64,000 nt of DNA from a virus, in IMG/VR virus record IMGVR_UViG_3300014257_000015, positions 41,430-105,429 of that record; one strand, 5' to 3'. Positions 57,767 to 64,000 of the stretch are shown here, one piece after another. Under the pieces are notes generated by a model that worked only from the letters and a program-made list of their open reading frames with translations, was not told the DNA's origin and made no database searches. A program made the translations under genes and the position numbers. How positions within the stretch are numbered: the stretch's first letter is position 1; the number at the start of each line of letters is the position of its first letter.

Positions 57767-59829
57767 TGGATCAATGCTCTTGTGGGCATCGGTCGATAGT
57801 GCTGGATCGGTTGATGGCAGGGTTGACGGCGGCCGATGAGATTGTGGCTAAGGCCGCCGCAGTGTCTGAGATATCGCAAATTGCTCGCATCGAAGTTTTG
57901 TTGAGAGAATACCTTTTATCCAAATGGAATGTTTTGTCATCGACAGCGTTGAAAATTGCTGTAAAGCACGCTGAATCCCTATCAAAATCTGAGAAGATCT
58001 CGAATGACATCGAGAAGGTGATGAAGCGATTCCCAGGCGAGGTGAAAGAACGTCTCGCCTTTGACGTTGGGCGCATCTACAAGCTGTCGAGGATTGCTGC
58101 TTGGAAGAAGGTGAAGACGCGGAAAGGGAGTCTGTCATATGACATGACATACTTCATCCCAACTCAAAAAGCCAAAGCAGAACTGTTACCGTCATTCGAT
58201 GTTCAGGATGTGAAGGCGGTCGAATCAATCACCAAATACCAATACTTTTGGATTGGCGATCATTACGAACGTACAGTGCGCGACGAAATACGCGACACCA
58301 CGAAGAAAGTGATGTTAGAAGCGGGGCAGGATCGAACAGCGGCCGGAAAGCTCATGTCAACCGCTGTGAAAGAAAAGCTGGATCATGTAAAGATGCCATC
58401 TGGCTGGACCGGAACCCAGAGGGCCTACTATGAAGGTCTGACCGCCAACGCAGCAACAGTGGCGAGGGCATATGGAAATCTGCGATCATTCCGCGAGGGC
58501 GGGATCACCAGGTATGAAATCAACAACCCAAATGATGATCGTACGTGCCCGGTTTGTGCGCACATGGACGGGAAGGTTTTCACCGTCGAACACGGATTTA
58601 CCCAAATTGAAAAAGAAATGGGCACCATTGTTACCAATCTAAAAACGCACACCAAAAACGTCCACCCATGGCTTAGCCCAAAACAACTAAGAGAGATCTC
58701 ACCATCGCCAGGAAGAATCGAGGGGAAGGCGGGGGAAAAAGATTCACAAGCCCTAGCCGCCGCTGGACAAGCTTGCCCGCCATACCATTTTCTGTGTCGT
58801 TGTGCGTTGGACATCAGCGAAGAGATTGGGAGCTGGTCTGAAGTTCCCGAAGAAGACGTTGTGCCAAAAACTCCAACCATCACCCCGGGTGATCTGAAAC
58901 CGTCTGCTGTTGACAAGATGTTGTTCAATATGACCACGTCTGAGGTTGAAAGCATAGAGTCAATTGGCGGGAAGAACACCAATGCGGCTAAAAAAGTCAC
59001 GTTGAAAACACAGGGCGGCGAGAAAATAGAAGGCGTATGGAAACCGGCTAGTGGCGAAGTTGATGAACTTCGGATTGGTGTGAAGGGTGGAACATACCAC
59101 CAACGCGAAACAGCAATGTACGAGATAGACAGAATGATGGGTGGTGATACGGTCATCCCGCCAACAATTTCGCGCCATATGGATGACAAATCAGGCCCAG
59201 GAAGCTACCAATTGTGGTCCAAAGGCGCTGCCACAGAATCAGAGGTGAGCAAAAAATACAAAGTGATGCCGGATTCTTGGAAAGAAATGAGGTGGCATGA
59301 ACTTCCGTCCGCCCGCCGAACGTTCTTGATGGATGTCATTGGGGCCAACGATGATAGGCACCAGAACAACGTGTTGTTCAAAGTCCTGAAGAATCCCGCT
59401 GTTAAAGATAAATTGGAAGACACAGTGAAAATGGTAGCCATTGACAACGGGCTATCCTTCCCCAACACAGAGATGGCTCGTTTTTTGTTCCCTGGCGATG
59501 CTTATGGAAAGAACGCAGCGGCGTTTTTGAACTTAGATGTGGAATCAATGAGATTAGTCAGAAATTTGAAGATCCGAGAAGTGGCAAGGACACTATCTTC
59601 ATTTGAAGACATAGACGCCAAATCAATCAAATCCACGCTGGTCAGAATAAAGGCGTTGCAAAACGACCCTGATGCAATAACCAAACTAAGCGGCAGCCAA
59701 CCCGCGCTAAAAGTGGAAAGATTCGTTGAGCAGTCCTTGCGTTATCCGGCAGATTTGGTGGATGAAAAATCGTTGAAAGAGATTGACGAAATCATGAAAG
59801 ACATCATCTCAGCCCGAGATAAACAATAG
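57766..59829 (+). CDS. MuF/head morphogenesis protein fused to a PI3K/PI4K-like kinase domain
   Basis: MuF D.RTCPVC..MDG...PPYH..CRC; kinase VWKP..GE, RE.A.Y.ID, PPT, GSYQ.W, NDDRH..N, AIDNG. Confidence 0.82.
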   Translation: MDQCSCGHRSIVLDRLMAGLTAADEIVAKAAAVSEISQIARIEVLLREYLLSKWNVLSSTALKIAVKHAESLSKSEKISNDIEKVMKRFPGEVKERLAFDVGRIYKLSRIAAWKKVKTRKGSLSYDMTYFIPTQKAKAELLPSFDVQDVKAVESITKYQYFWIGDHYERTVRDEIRDTTKKVMLEAGQDRTAAGKLMSTAVKEKLDHVKMPSGWTGTQRAYYEGLTANAATVARAYGNLRSFREGGITRYEINNPNDDRTCPVCAHMDGKVFTVEHGFTQIEKEMGTIVTNLKTHTKNVHPWLSPKQLREISPSPGRIEGKAGEKDSQALAAAGQACPPYHFLCRCALDISEEIGSWSEVPEEDVVPKTPTITPGDLKPSAVDKMLFNMTTSEVESIESIGGKNTNAAKKVTLKTQGGEKIEGVWKPASGEVDELRIGVKGGTYHQRETAMYEIDRMMGGDTVIPPTISRHMDDKSGPGSYQLWSKGAATESEVSKKYKVMPDSWKEMRWHELPSARRTFLMDVIGANDDRHQNNVLFKVLKNPAVKDKLEDTVKMVAIDNGLSFPNTEMARFLFPGDAYGKNAAAFLNLDVESMRLVRNLKIREVARTLSSFEDIDAKSIKSTLVRIKALQNDPDAITKLSGSQPALKVERFVEQSLRYPADLVDEKSLKEIDEIMKDIISARDKQ

Positions 59830-59837
59830 GTACGAGT

Positions 59838-60092
59838 ATGAAAAAGAAAATCGAATTGGTTCGCGTCAATTTGGATAACAACAAAAAAACGAGGTTAGCC
59901 ACATTCTCTCTGGATGGGGATGAGATGATTTCAGACTGGACAAAAGACGGCGAGTTGACCAAAAAGGAATTGGAACGAAATGGCATCGTTGTGAAAGGTG
60001 TTGTTTTGAAGCCTTCAGACGGAAAAAAGTTTTTCGATGCCATTCCAATAGCATACTCGCAGTCATCATTGGTTTATGCCAAAGTAATTTGA
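59838..60092 (+). CDS. Small hypothetical protein, candidate immunity protein
   Basis: 84 aa immediately after the MuF-kinase gene. Confidence 0.5.
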   Translation: MKKKIELVRVNLDNNKKTRLATFSLDGDEMISDWTKDGELTKKELERNGIVVKGVVLKPSDGKKFFDAIPIAYSQSSLVYAKVI

Positions 60093-60209
60093 TTGAATTC
60101 CACCCACCTATACAAATTGAGCGCACCCAAATAAGTTTTGCTTCTCGACTGATCACGCTATCTTCTAGCTCCAGGCGACGCCACACCCAACCGGCGGCGC
60201 GGAGAAGAG

Positions 60210-60767
60210 ATGAGCAAACTGCCGAGAAAAGCCATTCCAGCGTCCGAGCGATCGGCGCATGTAGCAGTGGCAAAACAAATCACCTCAAGTGACTTGGGAG
60301 AATCCGGCAAGGCCAACCCAGCGTCAATCCCAGGATCAGAAATTGACTTGGAATATGACGAAGAAGACACAGCCAAAATTTTCATCCCAATCATCAAAGC
60401 ATCCGAAGAGCAGAAAACAGTCACAGGTGTTGTCCTTCAACCCGAGACAGTAGATGCGCACGGCGACATCTATGACTCGACGGTCATCAAGAACGCCGCT
60501 TGGGACTTTCTTGAAGGCTTTCAGACCACCACTAAACTTGGCCTGATGCACAAAAAATTCAATGTGCAGTTTGGACTCCTCGAAAGCTACATCGCCCCGA
60601 ATGGTCTTGTTCTGAACAACAAGACGGTGAAGGAAGGGGCTTGGGTGATGACGGTGCGAGTCAAAGATGCCAAAATATGGAAGCTGGTGAAAGAGGGGAA
60701 GATCACCGGGTTTTCTATCGGCGGCCGGGCCAAAGTCAAACAACTGAAGTCACCGAACGCGGAGTGA
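60210..60767 (+). CDS. XkdF-like prohead serine protease
   Basis: V.GVVL.PE.VD.HGD, MH, ESYIAP, G.W, G.ITGFSIGG. Confidence 0.85.
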   Translation: MSKLPRKAIPASERSAHVAVAKQITSSDLGESGKANPASIPGSEIDLEYDEEDTAKIFIPIIKASEEQKTVTGVVLQPETVDAHGDIYDSTVIKNAAWDFLEGFQTTTKLGLMHKKFNVQFGLLESYIAPNGLVLNNKTVKEGAWVMTVRVKDAKIWKLVKEGKITGFSIGGRAKVKQLKSPNAE

Positions 60768-60773
60768 ACAAGA

Positions 60774-61561
60774 TGCCCAGAGAAGCAAAGCGAAGATTTG
60801 TCTCATTGCGCGTCAACGAAGTGTCGTTGGTGGATTCCCCTGCCAACGAGCAGGAATTCATTGTCATCAAAAGTTTAGATCAGGAGGAACCGATGGCCGG
60901 AACAGATCAACAAGTGGCCAACACCGAAACATCGGCACCGGCCAACGCTGAGTCGAATGGGACACAGCAAGCCAGCACCGAACCCGTGGAGAAAATGACT
61001 GTGCATGTCGAAAAGGCAGGAAATGACTCTATGGCCGAAGCTCTGAAGCAAGTGACAGAGTTGGTGAAAAGCGTAGCTTCAGTTGCTGTCAAAGCTTCTG
61101 AAACACAACCCGCTGCTGATGTGAAGAAGGATGCCAACCAGCAGACTTCCGATCAACCAACAGACACCGAAACCGAGAAAGCTAAGGCGTTTACGCCGAA
61201 GCGCTTGGAGCAGGTGAAAAACGCAATGAGCGTTTTGGAAGGACTCGTGAAAGAAGTGTCCGGTGGCAAGTCGGAGACAACCACAAAGGTCGCAGAACCC
61301 GAAGTGCCAACCGTCGACACCGCAAAGGCCGCAGAGCAGAACAACATCCTTTCACAGCAACTCATCGACCTCACCAAAAAGCTCGGCGAGTTGGGTGAGG
61401 CCGTGAAGAATGGATTGGGTGGCGTGTCTGAAATCACGAAGTCCATCGAGTCTCGCGTTGAGGCGATCGAGAAAACTCGTGAGCCGTCGAAGTCCATTGC
61501 GGGCGAAGGCGGCACAGAATCCACCCAGACGCAGAAGAGCTTTTGGTCAGGCGTCTTGTGA
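60774..61561 (+). CDS. Scaffold protein with N-terminal EVSLVDxPAN protease segment
   Basis: EVSLVDSPAN, then low-complexity/coiled region ending FWSGVL; precedes the capsid gene. Confidence 0.7.
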
Positions 61562-61614
61562 GACCAAAACAGGAACTGCCGAAAACACTTTGGTAAAACA
61601 AAAGGAGCAAAGCA

Positions 61615-62808
61615 ATGACAGGCGTTTCCAATGAAGAACTGGTCCAGAAGGCGGTCATCACTACTGATGCTCTGGCTGCAGCTGGCAAGTTAAACCCCGC
61701 GCAAAGCGATCGTTTCATCGATTATGTGATTGATGAAACGGTTTTGAAGAACAACGCACGCGTTGTTCGATTCCGCAATGAGTCTTTGGAAATCGACAAG
61801 ATCGGCATCGGCCGACGTGTTGCCGTTCCGAAGGCCGAAGCGCGTGACCCCAACGTTCGGCGAGGTCTCACCACGTCGAAGGTAACGCTCACCCCGAGCG
61901 AAGTGATGGTGCCTTTTGAGATTGGCGACAATTTCAAAGAGATCAACATCGAAGGCGAAAACGTCGAAGACACCATCATCCGCATGATGGCGACCCAGTT
62001 TGCAAACGACCTCGAAGAAATGTACATTCTTGGCAACAAACTCGGGCCTGCTGTTCTTGAGGGTGACATCTTCGAGAATGGTTCAACCACCCACTTCATC
62101 AAGGACAGCTATTTGGCTCTCCAAGACGGTTGGCAGTTGTTGGCTGACAGCGGACACATTGTGGACGCGGCCGGCGGCAGCGTTGGGTTGAGCATCTTCA
62201 GCCAAGCCATTCGTGCCATGCCAACGAAATTCCGCCGAAACAAAGGCGCCTTGCGTTGGTTCTTGTCGCCAGACCTCTGGCAGATTTATCTTGAGAAGTT
62301 GACCACACGCGCTACGGCGCTTGGTGATGCGGTGGCAGGTGGTGCAAACCACGGTCCATTCGGCATCCCGGCCATCCCGTGTCCGTTGTGGGATTTGCAG
62401 CCGCAAGTCACCGAACACATCGTGCTCAACGGTACCACAGCTACGGCGCTCACCAACGCCCCTGTGTCTGAAGTGCACGTGCTTCCTGCCACATTGGGTT
62501 CGGCGCCTACGGCTGAGTACAGCGCAACCACTGACTATGTGTTGGACGCCAACGCTGGCACCATCGCACGCGTCGGTGGAACCACCATCGGCGATGGCGC
62601 AACTGTGAAGGTGACCTACAAGGCCAACCCACAGATGATGCTCACACACCAGAACAACTTCATCGTTGGCATTGGGCGTGACATCCGCATCGAGAAAGAT
62701 CGCGACATCTACAAGGGCACAGACCAATACGCCATCACGGCAAAAGTTTCTGTGAACTTTGAAGAAGTCGATGCTCTCGTCAAAGTGCGCAATATCGCCA
62801 CCACCTAA
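61615..62808 (+). CDS. Major capsid protein
   Basis: GKLNP.QS.RFI, NDLEE...GN, .MP.KF, RDIRIE.D; AAGGAG RBS; position after the scaffold gene. Confidence 0.88.
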   Translation: MTGVSNEELVQKAVITTDALAAAGKLNPAQSDRFIDYVIDETVLKNNARVVRFRNESLEIDKIGIGRRVAVPKAEARDPNVRRGLTTSKVTLTPSEVMVPFEIGDNFKEINIEGENVEDTIIRMMATQFANDLEEMYILGNKLGPAVLEGDIFENGSTTHFIKDSYLALQDGWQLLADSGHIVDAAGGSVGLSIFSQAIRAMPTKFRRNKGALRWFLSPDLWQIYLEKLTTRATALGDAVAGGANHGPFGIPAIPCPLWDLQPQVTEHIVLNGTTATALTNAPVSEVHVLPATLGSAPTAEYSATTDYVLDANAGTIARVGGTTIGDGATVKVTYKANPQMMLTHQNNFIVGIGRDIRIEKDRDIYKGTDQYAITAKVSVNFEEVDALVKVRNIATT

Positions 62809-62863
62809 CAACCCGTGGTCCGCCACAGGGAAAGTCTAGGCCATTGATTGGAGGAACTCAAAG

Positions 62864-63256
62864 ATGGCAAATGTAGCAGCTAAAGTCGAGCTGACGGGTA
62901 GTATGTCACACACGTACGCTGGTCACATCCTCAAACGAGGAACGCCACAGATAGTGACCAATCCTTCGCTGATTGCGTATTATCGCGCTCAGAAAGGGAT
63001 TTCGGTCACCATCCTCGAAAAGGCCAAAGCACCGCCACCACCCGCTATTCAACAGAAAAAGCAGGTTGAAGACGAGGATGAAAGCGGCGTTGACGGCGAA
63101 GAGAGCGGCGCACAGATTCGGCAATACGCCGAGTCAGAGCTGAAGATGATGACCAAAGCGCAGCTGACTGAAATTGCCTTGGAGTATGCTTTGGCGGTCG
63201 ATGATTCGACCAAAAAAGCAGACATCGTGGCAGCCATCATCGAATCTCAGAGTTGA
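62864..63256 (+). CDS. Head-associated protein with C-terminal HeH/Rho-N-like domain
   Basis: MTKAQL.EIA......KKADIV.AI. Confidence 0.6.
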   Translation: MANVAAKVELTGSMSHTYAGHILKRGTPQIVTNPSLIAYYRAQKGISVTILEKAKAPPPPAIQQKKQVEDEDESGVDGEESGAQIRQYAESELKMMTKAQLTEIALEYALAVDDSTKKADIVAAIIESQS

Positions 63257-63277
63257 TGGTCTATCAAGGAGGCAGCC

Positions 63278-63667
63278 ATGCCACTGGTTTATGTACCGCT
63301 CGGCACACCGCCAAGGCAGGTGGATGACTTCAAGGGTGATTGCGAACGCTCTGTGAAAGGGGCGCTTCACTTCCACCCAGAGTCAACCAGAATCATTTCC
63401 AAAGATGAGTTGGCGCACATCAAAGAGCACCATCGAGACTTTGGAAACCGCCTAGTGGTGATAGATGCCAACATGGCGCCAACAAAAGTTGTGAAGGCAG
63501 AAGAGAAGCCCGAGAAGCCTATGACCACCCGTCAGAAACAACTGGCAGGGCAAAAGGTTTCCCGGGCTCCTTCGGCCCCGCAGCCCAAGGCGTCATACAA
63601 CTTCAGCAGCTCTGAAGAATCGGTCATTTCATCGACCGAGGAGCCGAAGAAGAGCAAACACAAGTAG
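63278..63667 (+). CDS. Hypothetical protein
   Basis: AGGAGG RBS. Confidence 0.55.
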   Translation: MPLVYVPLGTPPRQVDDFKGDCERSVKGALHFHPESTRIISKDELAHIKEHHRDFGNRLVVIDANMAPTKVVKAEEKPEKPMTTRQKQLAGQKVSRAPSAPQPKASYNFSSSEESVISSTEEPKKSKHK

Positions 63668-64000
63668 TGTTGCGGCCTTAGTCCTGCTTGGCCATTAGTG
63701 CTCAATGGGAGGCCGTTGTGCTCAAAATACACACATCCGATGGTCAGACTACGATTGTCGACTTGAAGGATGAAGCATCAGCCAAAGAATTTCTGAGCAA
63801 ATTACGCTCAACCGAAGAACAGCAGCGAATCACGGGAGCAACCGCGACTCGCCGCTGTTCAGGCCGTTTCTATTGTGAGACGTGCGGACGAACCGTCAAA
63901 GCAAAGTGTTCACGCTGTGGTGCAATCGATACCTCTTGTGGCAAGAGCGCGCAATTTTCGCTCAGCAGGCCTATTGGCTTCGAGCGCGTATGGTATCACA

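Noticed and set aside
1-64000. Integrase, repressor or host genes indicating a prophage
   Set aside because: None seen; the whole window is consistent with phage sequence, and lifestyle cannot be determined here.

Overview
This is a 64-kb segment of a large tailed dsDNA bacteriophage genome. Essentially all genes are on the + strand, and I saw no tRNA, rRNA or CRISPR array. There are three modules. (1) About 1-25 kb is transcription, nucleotide metabolism, replication and recombination: CobT-like VWA protein, sigma-like factor, a FAD oxidoreductase/MazG-HAD/class III aminotransferase/divergent ThyX/dNMP kinase operon, intein-containing DnaE, HU, UvsY-like, gp32-like SSB, RecA, SbcCD, RuvC, 5'-3' exonuclease, family 4 UDG, Nudix and dCMP deaminase. 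(2) About 25-53 kb holds small accessory/early genes driven by repeated sigma70-type promoters; it is interrupted by a skewed, palindrome-rich non-coding region near 42-43 kb and an M15 endolysin, and also carries a C5 methyltransferase and an ATP-dependent ligase. (3) About 53-64 kb is packaging and head genes: TerL, portal, MuF-kinase fusion, XkdF protease, scaffold and major capsid protein. The most notable observation is that about 15 sites in the accessory region, nearly all gene starts, carry the motif GGAGAACCGGCC or a close variant, while an intergenic hairpin at 3242-3295 displays the exact antisense (TGGCCGGTTCTC) in its loop. This suggests a phage small RNA that controls translation of a whole regulon. 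Also notable: a DnaE intein whose HNH endonuclease is overprinted in a different reading frame, a candidate new pyrimidine-modification pathway, and a MuF protein carrying a PI3K/PI4K-like kinase with a candidate immunity gene. All family assignments come from motif recognition by eye; no searches were run.
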